Positions 37,356 to 48,143 of a stretch of 64,000 nucleotides of DNA are shown piece after piece (the stretch's first letter is position 1; each line of letters opens with the position of its first letter). The translations under genes and the position numbers were made by a program. The stretch is from an uncultured Acidobacteriota bacterium (GTDB lineage Bacteria > Acidobacteriota > Vicinamibacteria > Vicinamibacterales > CAVVIG01): contig CAWACZ010000004.1 in the NCBI GenBank assembly GCA_963780685.1, forward strand, positions 71,879 to 135,878, in the 5' to 3' direction. Under the pieces are notes generated by a model, which searched no databases, was not told the DNA's origin, and worked only from the letters and a program-made list of their open reading frames with translations.

Positions 37356-38678
37356 TTACTTGATCGCAAAGAGCCGCACGTCGCTCCGCAGGAGAAGCTG
37401 TCCGTTCGAGATGGCGGGCGACGCGACGAGCCGCTCTCCGAGATCGTTTCGCGCCAGGATCGCGGGCACGCGTCCTGCCTTGACGACAATCGTCTCGCCC
37501 GTCAGGCTCGCGAAGTAGATCTTGCCGTCGGCCGCAACGGGTGACGCGAAGAACACGCCGTCGAGGCGCATCTGCCAGACGCGCTCCCCTGTCTTCGCGT
37601 CTGCGCAGGTGAGGACGCCGACGTCGTTGGTGAAATAGAGCAGCCCTTCGTAATAGACGAGCGACGCCGCGTACGAGCCGCCGCCCGGCATCCGCCAAAC
37701 GAGGTGGCTCGCCGACACGTCGCCGCGGCCACCTGGGCGGAGGGCCAGGTACGGGCTGTTCCGATATCCGCGCGTCATGTAGACCAGGCCGTCGTGGAAG
37801 ACCGCTGACGGAACCGGCGTCTGAATTGGAGCGTCGGCGTACCAAAGTCGTGCCCCCGTGGCCGGATCGTAGCCGTCAATGCGCTCGTTCGAGTTGACGA
37901 GAAGCTCGTCGCCGCTCGGACCGGGCACGACGAGCGGCGTGCTGTACGAGGCGCGCCCTTTTCCGCGATCCGCCTTCCAGCGCAGCGTGCCTGTCCGCGC
38001 GTCGAGCGCGAGCAGGTACGAAGCCGATTCGTGGTCGCACAGCAGAATCAGCAGATCCTTGTAGAGAACAGGAGAGCTGCCGTGTCCCCAATTGATGTCG
38101 AAAGGCGCGTGCTCTTCGCCGAGATGCTTCGCCCAGACGAGAGCGCCGTGCAGGTCGAGCGCGGCTATCTGACCGGTGCCGAACCAGACGAAGAGACGCT
38201 GGCCGTCGGTGACCGGCGTGGGACTGGCGAGATTGTGCTTTTCGTGGAGATCAGGGAATGGACCCCGCGCCTCGACACGGTATTCCCACAAACGGCGGCC
38301 GTCGGCCTGGTTGAAGGCTTCGACGACGAGGAAGACCGGCTCGCCGTCGGCCGGCTGGTCGCGACGGCCACCTATCGGTTTCTCGAGCGAGACCAGCGCG
38401 TCGTCGTCGCGGGCCAGCTGCGGATGCGATCCGCCTCTCATCTGCGAACGGCCCACCTGTGACGTCACGAAGATCCGGTCGCCCCAGACGATCGGAGACG
38501 AGGATCCCAACCCCTGAAGCGCCGCGCTCCACGCGATGTTCTCGCGCGTGCTCCACGTGGTCGGCAGGCCAGACTCGGCCGACACGCCGAGCCCGGACGG
38601 TCCGCGCCACTGCGGCCAGTTTGCCGTAATCGGCGCCGCGGCGACGACCATCAGGAGCGTGACAAGAGCGGCGCGCAT
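37356..38678 (-). CDS. PQQ-like beta-propeller repeat protein, secreted
   Basis: MRAALVTLLMVVAAAPITANWPQWRGP..., repeated SSP.V..GR.F / DG..Y blades; 440 aa intact. Confidence 0.85.
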   Translation of the reverse strand: MRAALVTLLMVVAAAPITANWPQWRGPSGLGVSAESGLPTTWSTRENIAWSAALQGLGSSSPIVWGDRIFVTSQVGRSQMRGGSHPQLARDDDALVSLEKPIGGRRDQPADGEPVFLVVEAFNQADGRRLWEYRVEARGPFPDLHEKHNLASPTPVTDGQRLFVWFGTGQIAALDLHGALVWAKHLGEEHAPFDINWGHGSSPVLYKDLLILLCDHESASYLLALDARTGTLRWKADRGKGRASYSTPLVVPGPSGDELLVNSNERIDGYDPATGARLWYADAPIQTPVPSAVFHDGLVYMTRGYRNSPYLALRPGGRGDVSASHLVWRMPGGGSYAASLVYYEGLLYFTNDVGVLTCADAKTGERVWQMRLDGVFFASPVAADGKIYFASLTGETIVVKAGRVPAILARNDLGERLVASPAISNGQLLLRSDVRLFAIK

Positions 38679-38834
38679 GTGGTTACTGATTCTGCTACAG
38701 AAGACTGCAAGCCGACGCTAGGATCACGAGGACGAACAACAGCGACACGGCGCGGTCGACACAATCTCGACAATCCGATTCGTCTCGTATTACCGCCCCT
38801 TCAGAATCGCGCTCTAGCCGGTCGCCGACTCGTG

Positions 38835-39560
38835 TCAAGACCGCCTTCTCCTCTTGGACAGTCCAAGCTCCAGCCCGTCAAGGAGCGCTCGGAGGCCGAG
38901 TCGGAAACGTCGGTCCGCCGGCGCATCGACGAGCGCATCGGCGAGGGCGACCAGCGTTGGGTACTGGTCCTTGGGAAGCGACTTGAACCAACGCCTTCCT
39001 TCCTCCCGCATGCGTTGCGCCAGGACTTTGTCTCTTTGGTGGCCGAAGGTCTCGTCGAGCACGAACCCCACAACGTAGGAATTCATGACGAAGGAGGCGT
39101 CTGCGACCCGCCCAGGAGTGAGTCCGGCACTGACCATCGCGTGCAGAAGCTGCTCGATGAGGCGGAGGCGATGGGGTCCTACAGGTGGGGTCGCGGCGAG
39201 TACACGCGCGCCATCGCGATGGGCCATAAGCACCCTCCTGACCCGCAGCGCCATCGCCTCGGCCTGTTCGCGCCATGGCTTGGCGTGGTCGAGATCCGGA
39301 ATCTCCGCGCAGATTGCATCTGCCATCAACGCGAGCAACTCGTCCTTGTTACTGACATGGTTGTAGAGGGAGGCAGCCTTGATCCCGAGCCGATCGGCCA
39401 GGCGCCGCATCGTGAGCCCGTCAAAGCCCTCTTCATGCAGCACTTCGAGCGCACGCCTTACGACTTGATCGCGGGTGACCTGAGGTCGGGCAGCGTCCGG
39501 CCCAGACCATGCCGCGAACCGCCGAAAAGCATTCGACTCTCCACGCGCCTGTCGAGCCAT
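38835..39560 (-). CDS. TetR/AcrR family transcriptional regulator (tetracycline-repressor-like C-terminal domain)
   Basis: VVRRALEVLHEEGFDGLTMRRLADRLGIKAASLYNHVSNKDELL HTH. Start 39560 (MARQARG) or 39578. Confidence 0.85.
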   Translation of the reverse strand: MARQARGESNAFRRFAAWSGPDAARPQVTRDQVVRRALEVLHEEGFDGLTMRRLADRLGIKAASLYNHVSNKDELLALMADAICAEIPDLDHAKPWREQAEAMALRVRRVLMAHRDGARVLAATPPVGPHRLRLIEQLLHAMVSAGLTPGRVADASFVMNSYVVGFVLDETFGHQRDKVLAQRMREEGRRWFKSLPKDQYPTLVALADALVDAPADRRFRLGLRALLDGLELGLSKRRRRS

Positions 39561-39571
39561 GCCTTGACAGG

Positions 39572-39625
39572 CTAACATGGGTCGTTCGAAGCTAACAGTG
39601 TTAGTATAAGCCGAACTATGTTAGT
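39572..39625. promoter_or_regulatory. nested CTAACA/TGTTAG operator-like palindromes in the tetR-methyltransferase divergent spacer
   Basis: CTAACAt (39572), CTAACAgTGTTAG (39592..39604, 6-bp arms around one g), aTGTTAG (39619..39625). The outer half-sites are symmetric around the central palindrome. Confidence 0.45.
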
Positions 39626-39646
39626 TCCAGATTCAGGGAGGTTCCG

Positions 39647-40333
39647 ATGAGCTGGAAACGCTTCAAGCTTGTGCCGGAGATGGAAGGAACAGTGGCGCAG
39701 TGGTATGCACGGCAGCGAGGGACGCATCGGCAAATCGAGAGCTTTCGCAAGCAGGCTCTCAAGCTCACTGCCGGCCTGCCGAGCGATACCAACGTGCTCG
39801 AGATCGCGCCGGGACCTGGGTACCTAGCCGTCGCAATAGCGCAGCTCGGCCGGTGTCACGTGACCGGACTGGATATCAGCCGCACGTTTGTGGAGATCGC
39901 GAAGGAGAAGGCGCGAGAGGCCGGGGTCAAGGTTGAGTTCCGTCACGGTGATGTGGCGAATATGCCATTCGACTCCAACTCCTTCGATCTGATCGTTTGT
40001 CAAGCAGCCTTCAAGAATTTCACGCAACCCGTGCGCGCTCTCGACGAGATGCACCGCGTCCTGCGCGTGGGTGGGACGGTCGTGATCCAGGATCTGAGCA
40101 AGGACGCCTCCTCGGCCGAGATTGACCAGGAGGTAAAGGCGATGGGGCTCAGTCGCGTCAACGCGTTCACGACGAAATTCGTGCTGGCGACGATACTTCG
40201 ACGCCGCGCCTACTCGTCGGCCCAGTTCGAGCGAGTCGTCGCCGAGAGCGCCTTCCGGACGTTCGACATCCAAAAAGACGGGATCGGTTTGGAGGTGCGG
40301 TTGAAGAAGTCGACCGTCGAGAAGGCCGCGTGA
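39647..40333 (+). CDS. class I SAM-dependent methyltransferase
   Basis: GGGAGG RBS. VLEIAPGPGYLAVAIA...GLDIS...FDLIVCQAAFKNF...RVLRVGGTVVIQD. Confidence 0.85.
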   Translation: MSWKRFKLVPEMEGTVAQWYARQRGTHRQIESFRKQALKLTAGLPSDTNVLEIAPGPGYLAVAIAQLGRCHVTGLDISRTFVEIAKEKAREAGVKVEFRHGDVANMPFDSNSFDLIVCQAAFKNFTQPVRALDEMHRVLRVGGTVVIQDLSKDASSAEIDQEVKAMGLSRVNAFTTKFVLATILRRRAYSSAQFERVVAESAFRTFDIQKDGIGLEVRLKKSTVEKAA

Positions 40334-40631
40334 AACTCGAATGCTTGGCAGATGGACGAGCGAGCGTAACTAGATCCGCCATCCGCTGCACAAGACTTTT
40401 TGAGCAGTGAAGTGGTGAAGATGAGGCGAAACTCGAACTCGCAGTGCGCCACAGCCGCTGCTCGGCGTCGGGCGCAAAGCTCAAGGTCAGCTCCGGAGCG
40501 ACCAGCGCTTCACGGTTATTCTTCTTTGTTGGCGGGCCGCTGCAATACATTGACAACGTTGCATTTCTCCTTAAGATGCTTCTCCTCGGTCTCGCCCTGC
40601 TGCACACGACACTCAGTCACGAGGAAATGTG

Positions 40632-41180
40632 ATGGCTGACGAACTGCGGCTCCAGGTAAACGGCAAGATGTGGAGTGTCACGGCACCTCCCGATACACCA
40701 CTCTTGTACGTGCTCACCGATGATCTGGCACTGCAAGGGCCGCGTTTCGGGTGCGGGCTCGGCCAGTGCGGCTGCTGCTCGGTGCTGGCGGATGGCGTTG
40801 AAATTCGGTCGTGCATCACGCCGACCTCCAAGGTGGTGGGAAAGTCGCTGACGACGTTGGAAGGGCTGCCCGCGTATTACGCGGCGAGGACGAAAGTGAC
40901 GCCTGCACCCGAGTTGCATCCGTTGCAGGAAGCGATGATCGCCGAGCAGGCGGCGCAGTGCGGCTATTGCTACAACGGTCAGATCATCAAGGGCGCCGAG
41001 TTGTTGTTCAAAACCCCGCAACCCACCGAGGCACAAATCCGATCGGCCATGAACGGTCATCTCTGCCGGTGCGGCACGTACCCGCGGATCATGGCCGCCA
41101 TTCAGCGCGCCGCCCGGGCCATGGCGGCCTCGAAGCGGGCGGGGGGCGCGAACCCGGCGGAGGAGGTGACCCATGGCTGA
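40632..41180 (+). CDS. (2Fe-2S)-binding small subunit of a molybdenum hydroxylase (IorA-like)
   Basis: CGLGQCGCCSV, QCGYCYNGQI and LCRCGTYPRI cluster motifs. GAGGAA 5 nt before the ATG. Confidence 0.9.
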   Translation: MADELRLQVNGKMWSVTAPPDTPLLYVLTDDLALQGPRFGCGLGQCGCCSVLADGVEIRSCITPTSKVVGKSLTTLEGLPAYYAARTKVTPAPELHPLQEAMIAEQAAQCGYCYNGQIIKGAELLFKTPQPTEAQIRSAMNGHLCRCGTYPRIMAAIQRAARAMAASKRAGGANPAEEVTHG

Positions 41181-43531
41181 AGGGTCCAACGACCGGTTTG
41201 CGCTGGCCCGCCGCGAGTTCCTGAAGACGACGGGAGCCGTCGTCGTCGGCCTGAGCGTCGCAGATTCGGATGGCGCGCAGGCACCGACCGGTGAAGTCCC
41301 GGCCCCGCTGCGTGGTGTGGTCTCGGGTCCACCCGATCCCGCGCAGGTCGACTCGTACATCGCGATTCATCCAGACAATACGGCGACGATCTTCGCTGGC
41401 TACGTCGAGTTGGGGCAGGGTGGACCGACCGCGCTGCGGCAGGTGGCGGCCGAAGAACTGGACCTCGATTTGGACCAGGTGAAGGACGTCAGGATCGACA
41501 CCTTCGTCTCCACCAATGGCTTCACCGCCGCCAGCCGGACAGCGGGCATTGGCGGCACGGAGCTCCGCGCGGCGGCAGCCGAGGCTCGCCGCATCCTTCT
41601 GGAGCTGGCGTCGGAACGGCTGAAGGCACCCTCTGGCGATCTGATCGTGACCAAGGGCGTGGTGTCGGTGCGCCGCGATCCGCAGCGCTCCGTCACCTAC
41701 GCCGACCTGTTGGGGGCCAAACCGTTCAACCGCAAGTACGAGCCAGTGTCCTATACGGGAGGGATCGAGCTTCCGCGCAAGGGCCTCGACAACGCAATCC
41801 CCAAGCGGCGGGACGACTATCGGATCGTGGGCACCCGGGTCATGCGGCCGGACATCGCCGAGAAGGTCAAGGGCACCTACGAGTACGTCCAGCACGTCCG
41901 CCTGCCGGGAATGCTGCACGGCCGCGTGGTGTGGCCCCGCGGACAAGGGGCGCTTGGCGTCAGCAATCCGACCGTCGTCGGCATCGACGAAGCCTCAATC
42001 AAAGGGATTCCGGGCGTCCAGATCGTCCGACGGCGCAACTTCGTAGGCGTCGTCGCGCCGCGCGAATGGGACGCGGTTCGTGCGGCGAGGCAATTGAAGG
42101 TCACGTGGGAGCCGTTCGCTCAGGCACTTCCCGGCCACGAGGGCGTGTTCGACAGCTTCAGGTCGGCCAAGACGACCGATGCGACCGATACCAACACGGG
42201 TGACGTGGAAGCGGCGCTCTCCCGGGGCGCCCACGTCCTGTCCGCCACATATCGTGGGCCGTACCAATCGCACGGGACCATGGCGCCGAACTGCGCCGTT
42301 GCCGATGTCAGCAAGGACGCGGCCCTGGTGATGTGCTCGGACCAGGGGATCTATCAAACGCGGAATGGGCTGGCCCGGGTGCTCGGCCTTCCGATCGAGA
42401 AGATTCGGGTGCAGTACTACGCCGGGTCGAACACGTACGGCAGCAGTTGTTACCGCGACGCGGCGCAGGCAGCCGCCATCCTGTCGCAGGAAGTCGGCAA
42501 GCCCGTCCGCCTGCAGTTCAGCCGCGAGGATGAATTCGGATGGGACAATTACGGGCCCGGGCATCTGGCCGATCTGCGCGCTGCAGTCGACGCCCACGGC
42601 AAACTCGTCGCGTACCGAGTACAGGGCGTGGGGCCACTCAGCAGGCGCGATGGATACCGCCATGCAGTTGGCCCTGGAAACAGCGTCTGTCGTGGCCGGC
42701 GGCGGCTTTGGCGCGCTCTTCCAGGTGCACCTGTCGCAGACCGACATGTACGATGTCCCGAACCGGCTCATCGTCAACCACCGCCTCGTTGGGCCGGGCT
42801 ATCTGAGAACGGGCGCGTTGCGCGCGCCGATGGATCCGTCGGTGTTCTTCGCGCAGGAAGGGATGATGGACGAGCTGGCCCACGCAGCCAAGCTGGATCC
42901 CTACGAGTTCCGCAAGCGGAACATCTCGCACCCGCGGTGGCTCGGCGTCTTGAAGGCGGCGACCGACCGAGCGAAGTGGACGCCGCGCGTGGCGGCCTCG
43001 AATCTCTCTTCGGCCAGGCTCGTCAGCGGGCGCGGCATTGGACTGGGCACGCACCACCTGCCGCAGAACCAGGGTGATCGTGTCACGTTCGCGGCGGCCG
43101 TCGTGGAGATCGAGGTGAACAAGGACAACGGAATTGTCGTCGCCAGGCACGTGTACGGCGCGATGGATTGCGGGCTGGCCATCAATCCGGGCATCGTCGA
43201 GAGCCAGATCGTCGGCATGGCCGTTCACGGGGCAAGTCTGGCGCTCAAAGAGGAAGTGCAGTTCAACCGAACGAACGTGACGAGCTTGGACTGGAACACG
43301 TATCAGACGCTGCGGTTCCGAGAACATCCGGCAGTCACGCCGATCGTGGTGCAGCAGCTCCACGAGAAATCTACCGGCGCCGGAGAAGAAGTATTACCGG
43401 CAGTGGTCGCCGCGATCGGGAACGCGTTCTTCGATGCGACCGGCGTGAGAATACGCGAATATCCGCTGACACCGCGCCGTGTATTGGCGGCGCTGAAGTC
43501 GGCCAGGACAGACCCCGGCCGTACTGCGTAA
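41173..43531 (+). pseudogene. molybdopterin-binding large subunit (IorB/aldehyde oxidase family) with Tat signal; one frame change (~42615)
   Basis: RREFLKTTGAVVVGLSV Tat signal. ...LRAAVDAHGKLVAY (track ORF 41173) continues as EYRAWGHSAGAMDTAMQLALE...AMDCGLAINPGIVESQIVG (track ORF 42365). An extra c is apparent in gcgtacc|gagtac. 8-nt overlap with the small-subunit gene. Confidence 0.85.
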
Positions 43532-43568
43532 GACGTCCATCGGGCGGTGTGAGTCACCAGAACGATTC

Positions 43569-43937
43569 GTGTCGACACGCTGGCAAATCGATTGCGTCGA
43601 CAAGGACGACCGATTGAGTCCATACGAGCGCGTCCGGCGGGTTGGCGGACCCAACCTGCCAGGCGTGTCGCCCCCCGACGCGTCCAGGTTCATCTCCGAG
43701 CTTCAGCGGCGCGGGGTCACGATCAGAGACAGACCTCGTTGGGCGTTGCCCTTGGACGAAGCGATTCAAGGCGTTCTCGACGGCAAATGGAGCTTCTTCA
43801 TTCAGCTTGGCATCTACGACATCGTCAATGTCGAAGTGGCCACATCGCCGTCAGGTCGTCTCTATCTCAAGACTGAGGCCGACCAAGATACGCCAGACGA
43901 ACTGTTGTTCCTACCGTACCGCCAAGGAGCGAGGTGA
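43569..43937 (+). CDS. DUF3892-like protein
   Basis: WQIDCVDKDDRLSPYERVRRVGGP...AIQGVLDGKWSFFIQ...VNVEVATSPSGRLYLKTEADQDTPDELLFLP fits my recollection of DUF3892. The call is from memory. Confidence 0.55.
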   Translation: MSTRWQIDCVDKDDRLSPYERVRRVGGPNLPGVSPPDASRFISELQRRGVTIRDRPRWALPLDEAIQGVLDGKWSFFIQLGIYDIVNVEVATSPSGRLYLKTEADQDTPDELLFLPYRQGAR

Positions 43938-46277
43938 AGAGCACGAGCCGATCGTCGGGTGTGACGGCCACCTGCTCGGCGGTCACCGAGGGAACCAACA
44001 GGGTCTTCCGGTGACCGCTAGCATCCGCAGTCCAGAGATCCAGGGTGTTCTCGGTGGAAGACACGAATACGATCGTGCGGCCATCGCGCGTGGCCGCAGG
44101 AGCGAGGGCGTCGAGGACGACCTCTTCAGGAGTGCTTTGGCCTGGCGTCACCCGCAGGATAGCGGGCTTTACACCCACGACGCCCGAGTACAGCAGCCGA
44201 TCGCCTGCCCACGCGATACGATAGTCGGATGCTCGGCACGCGCTGCACCACGTTGGACTCGGTCGCAGCTCCTCCGTCGCTGACCCACACATACATGCGT
44301 GCGTCTCGCCGGCCGGTGACCAGACTGCGGTGATAGCCGCTCAGACTGACCCCCACGTAGTCGTTCGGATCGTTGGTGAGCCTCGACGGCGGACCGGCGG
44401 GATAGGGCTGCAGAAACAACTGGTTCGGGGCGACAATAAGGACTGGCTGGTTGAGCACGAGCGACCGCGCATCGAGCCAGTTGAGTCCGCTCGTCGTCCG
44501 TTGGGGATTGTGATTTCGATGCATCGATCCGGTACTGCTGTCCACGAACACGATCCGTCCTCCTCTAGGGGCCGCGGCAGCGACCGCAATGAGCTCGCCA
44601 TCGGTGACCAGGCCGGAGGGAAGCTCGGTCGCCATGGAGCGACCAGTGAGATCCACGGGCGCGGAATCTGGTTGGCTGGCCAGCTCGCGTTCCTGTCCGC
44701 CATCGGCGTCTGCCACAAATAGTTGCGACGAAAGCTCGGGACTGATTCGAGTGCGCAGGAACGCGATGCGCTGGCTGTCCGGTGCCCACGAGATGGGGCT
44801 CGCCACGTTGGCGAGGAAAAATCTTGGAGTGCCGCCAAGAAACGGCACGCGCCAATCTCCCAGGGCGCTCCACTCGCCTGACGAACGAAATCGACAGATG
44901 TGCCATCAGGCGTAAAGGTGGCACCGAAGAGCGCCACGCCTCGCTCCGGTGGGACAATCCGCACGTTGTTCGTGGTCGCTGTCTGGCGTAGCCAGAGGCA
45001 TTAGTCGTCGCCATCGCGCTGCACGTAGGCAACATATCGCCCGTCCGAAGAGATCACCGGCCGCTCCGCATTGCCGGTCGTTGTCAGCTGGGTGACCTGG
45101 AGGTCGGCGAACGACTGTTGGCTCGACGCCAGTTCGCGCGTCGGGCCGCAGCAGCCCGTAGAGAGCGGCTGCCGCGCCGAGGAGCAGCACCGCAGCGGCC
45201 ACGGCGAACGCGCGGGAGTGGCGTCTGACCAGCGCCACGATGACTTGCGTGTCTGAGGACGGAACCGACGAGACCGATGGCTCAGATGGAACGGACGTGG
45301 CCGATGAGGCGAGCCTCTACAGTTGCCGGTGGCAGTCGCAGACTCGCCCGATACGAGGGAGGCCTTCAGGTCCTCGAGATCGTTCCGCAGATCTTTGGCC
45401 GTCTGATACCGCCGCTCGGGATCTTTGGCGACGAGCGCGGCGGATGGTGCGTCCGAGGTCGCGTGGGAAGTGCCGGGTTGATGTCGGTGATCGACTTCGG
45501 CGTGTCCTTGAGGATGGACGAGAGAACCGACAAGTTGGTCGACGCCGGTGAAAGGGCGCTGCCCGGTGGCCATCTCGTAAAGCACCACTCCCAGCGAGAA
45601 CAGATCCGACCGCCCGTCGATCGTCCTCCCTTCCGCCTGCTCGGGCGACATGTAGGCGACCGTGCCGAGAATGTGCCCCTCGGCGGTGATCGGGCCGCTG
45701 CGCGCGGGTGCCTCAGTCGGCAGCATCGACACGCCGCGTGTGCCCAGCTGCGCCTCGACAACCTTGGCCAGCCCGAAGTCGAGCACCTTGATGCGTCCCG
45801 CATGCTCGCCCTCGCCGAGCATGATGTTGGCGGGCTTGAGGTCGCGGTGCGTGATCCCCTTCTGGTGAGCGGCCGAGATGGCATCCGCGACCGCGATCCC
45901 GATCGTCAGCACGCCTTCGAGACGGCAGCCCGGTCGGGGGAGCGCGTCGGCCAGCGATCGCCCCTCCACCAGTTCCATCGTCAGGAAGAGTGTGGTGCCT
46001 GCGTCTTCGACGGAGTGGATGGTGACGATGTGCGGGTGGTTGAGCGCAGCCACGGCGAGCGCTTCGCGCGTGAACCGCTCGCGGCGCTCGGCGCCGACGG
46101 TTGCGACATCGGGCAGCACTTTGAGCGCGACCTCGCGCTGCAGTCGTGGATCGCGCGCCCGATAGACCTCGCCCATACCGCCGGCGCCAATCGCCAAGGT
46201 GTCGATGACCGCGCCTCTGCGACCCGCTACGCCGTTGTTTAACCGCTCGAGTGCCAGAGCTCTTTGGTGCCGAGCAT
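43867..46277 (-). pseudogene. Ser/Thr protein kinase C with TM segment and TolB-like beta-propeller tail; >=7 frame changes and one in-frame TAA
   Basis: [25 protein letters not shown]...HRDLKPANIML...DFGLAK...GTVAYMSPEQ (track ORF 45001..46197). Segments LSVLSSILKDTPKSITDINPALP and RRHSRAFAVAAAVLLLGAAAALYGLL lie in other frames. TAA at 45001-45003 sits between ...YVAYVQRDGDD and CLWLRQTATTNNVRIVPPERG in the same frame. The propeller continues in ORFs 44341, 44126 and 43867. The candidate ATG at 46277 overlaps the mscS stop (TAATG). Confidence 0.75.
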
Positions 46278-47560
46278 TACGACGAAATGGTGGGACCAGC
46301 CTCGGCGGGTTTGATAATGACCTCGCGGGGACCCGTATTGGGGAGGGCGATGCCCGCCTGCTTGAGCGCCAGCATCACCGCCAGCCGGACGGCGCACGAC
46401 GTGGCGATGAAATCCGCCCTCTGCGAGTCGGTCCAGAACTTGACCTCCATCATCATGCCGGCCGTGTCGAGGTTGCCGACGCGGGCATAGGCCGCGGGCG
46501 TCGGCGCAACGCCGGGCGTCTCTCGAGCAATTTGTTGCGCGACGGCCATCGCATGCGAGACGTCCTGCCCGTAGTCGAGATAGATCTCGACCGAGCCGCT
46601 TCTCAACGGAGCGGCAGTATTGTTCGTCACCCGCGACGTGAGGATGTCGCCGTTTGGGACGAGGACGAGGCGCCCGTCGTAGGTTCGAATGTGCGTGGCG
46701 CGCAAGTTGATCTCCTCGACGCTGCCTTCGGTCGGCCCGACGACGATCTGGTCGCCCAGCTCGAACGGGCGAAGCGCCTGAAGCATCATGCCGCTCACCA
46801 GGTTGGAGACAATGTCCTTCAGCGCGAAGCCGAGCGCCACGCTGGTCAATCCCAGGCCCGTGACGAACGTCTGTGGGTTGAAACCGAAGGCGTCCAGCGC
46901 CACCAGGATACCAACGAGCCACACGCCGAAGTACGCGATCTGTCTGACCAGGTTTTGGATCGTCACGTCTCGAATCAGCGACGGTACACTCGCTCGACCG
47001 AGTCGCCGGACAAGCGTCGCCACGCCCCACACGAGCAGCAGGACCAGCGCCGCCGCCAACATGCGTGGGAGCGTCCCGGCGATGGTCTCGAGCAGGCGGG
47101 CGATGGCGGTGCGGATGTTGCCCGCCACCTGCGCCCGAAACCGCTGCCAGGCGGACGTTCGCCGATCCCGCGCCCGGGCGAGAGCGTCGCGCAGTTGGTC
47201 GGCCCAGCTGGCCGCGAGCCGTTCGACGGTCGTCCCGTTCGCCGCGGCATCATCGGGCGTCACTGTGACGATCGTCGTCCCCCCAACGGCAACGACAAAC
47301 GACGTCCGGTCTGCGTCGTCGCGTCTGACGACCGGTTCGAGATTTCCAGTCGGGCGCTCCACGAGCGCGAGGAGACTCGACTCGATCTGCTGAGCCCGCA
47401 CGTTGGCCGTCGTCTGGCCTGATGGACCCACCCGGAAGATCAGATCGCCATCGAGACGAACGCCCCGGTCGTTCTGCGCCTGAAGTCGTACTGGCGCCAG
47501 CAGCAGCAACAGGCCAGCCACAACGGTGGTGAGCAGCGGCGTCGATCGCGGTCCGGTCAC
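46277..47560 (-). CDS. mechanosensitive ion channel (MscS family) protein
   Basis: GLGLTSVALGFALKDIVSNLVSGMMLQALRPFELGDQIVV...GSVEEINLRATHIRTYDGRLVLVPNGDI; GTG start; 427 aa intact. Confidence 0.85.
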   Translation of the reverse strand: MTGPRSTPLLTTVVAGLLLLLAPVRLQAQNDRGVRLDGDLIFRVGPSGQTTANVRAQQIESSLLALVERPTGNLEPVVRRDDADRTSFVVAVGGTTIVTVTPDDAAANGTTVERLAASWADQLRDALARARDRRTSAWQRFRAQVAGNIRTAIARLLETIAGTLPRMLAAALVLLLVWGVATLVRRLGRASVPSLIRDVTIQNLVRQIAYFGVWLVGILVALDAFGFNPQTFVTGLGLTSVALGFALKDIVSNLVSGMMLQALRPFELGDQIVVGPTEGSVEEINLRATHIRTYDGRLVLVPNGDILTSRVTNNTAAPLRSGSVEIYLDYGQDVSHAMAVAQQIARETPGVAPTPAAYARVGNLDTAGMMMEVKFWTDSQRADFIATSCAVRLAVMLALKQAGIALPNTGPREVIIKPAEAGPTISS

Positions 47561-48048
47561 GCCGCCTGTCCTCGGTTGATTGCCGCCAAATATTCCGCTC
47601 CGCGGCGTTCGGCGATGACGTCGAACGCGAGGAGTATGGCGGCGGTGATCAGGAGACCGAGCGCAATTCCCGAGACGCCAGGTCGCGCCTTCAGCGAAAT
47701 GGCTGCGAGGGCGGTTGCAACGATAACCACGAGCTCAACGTACTCGATCGCCACGAAGTTTCGCTGCACACGTGTCATGCGCGCGCTTTCCGCCGAGCGG
47801 AACCCGGCTGCGTCCCTGCCGAACTGCTCGAGAAGGCCGGCGACTTGCGGGCCGGTCCGCAGGTACAACCCCACTCCCAAGGCAATCTGCGCGAGAGCCA
47901 GAATGCCGATGGTCAGTGCGAACGAACGAAGATTCAGACCGGTTCGAAACATGATGACTGCCGCGATCAGCGCGACAGCCGCGAGACCGGCCAGGAACAG
48001 GCCCGCATACTTCTCGCCATCGAAGTAGACCGTCAGTGCATCCTGCAT
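47557..48048 (-). CDS. small integral membrane protein (about 4 TM), unknown function
   Basis: MQDALTVYFDGEKYAGLFLAGLAAVALIAAVIMF... GGAG ~10 nt upstream. Stop overlaps the mscS GTG (GTGA). The rest of track ORF 47557..48750 is an Arg-rich extension. Confidence 0.6.
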   Translation of the reverse strand: MQDALTVYFDGEKYAGLFLAGLAAVALIAAVIMFRTGLNLRSFALTIGILALAQIALGVGLYLRTGPQVAGLLEQFGRDAAGFRSAESARMTRVQRNFVAIEYVELVVIVATALAAISLKARPGVSGIALGLLITAAILLAFDVIAERRGAEYLAAINRGQAA

Positions 48049-48143
48049 GTTGGCTCCTGCAGCTCCGATCAAAGCCGACGATAACGCCATTCGTCGATGA
48101 AGGACCAGGAACCGTCGGGAAGTCGTTCTTCGTACCGAGGCGT

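Noticed and set aside
38679-39575. 298-aa + strand ORF
   Set aside because: Antisense to the TetR gene, which has a clear HTH.
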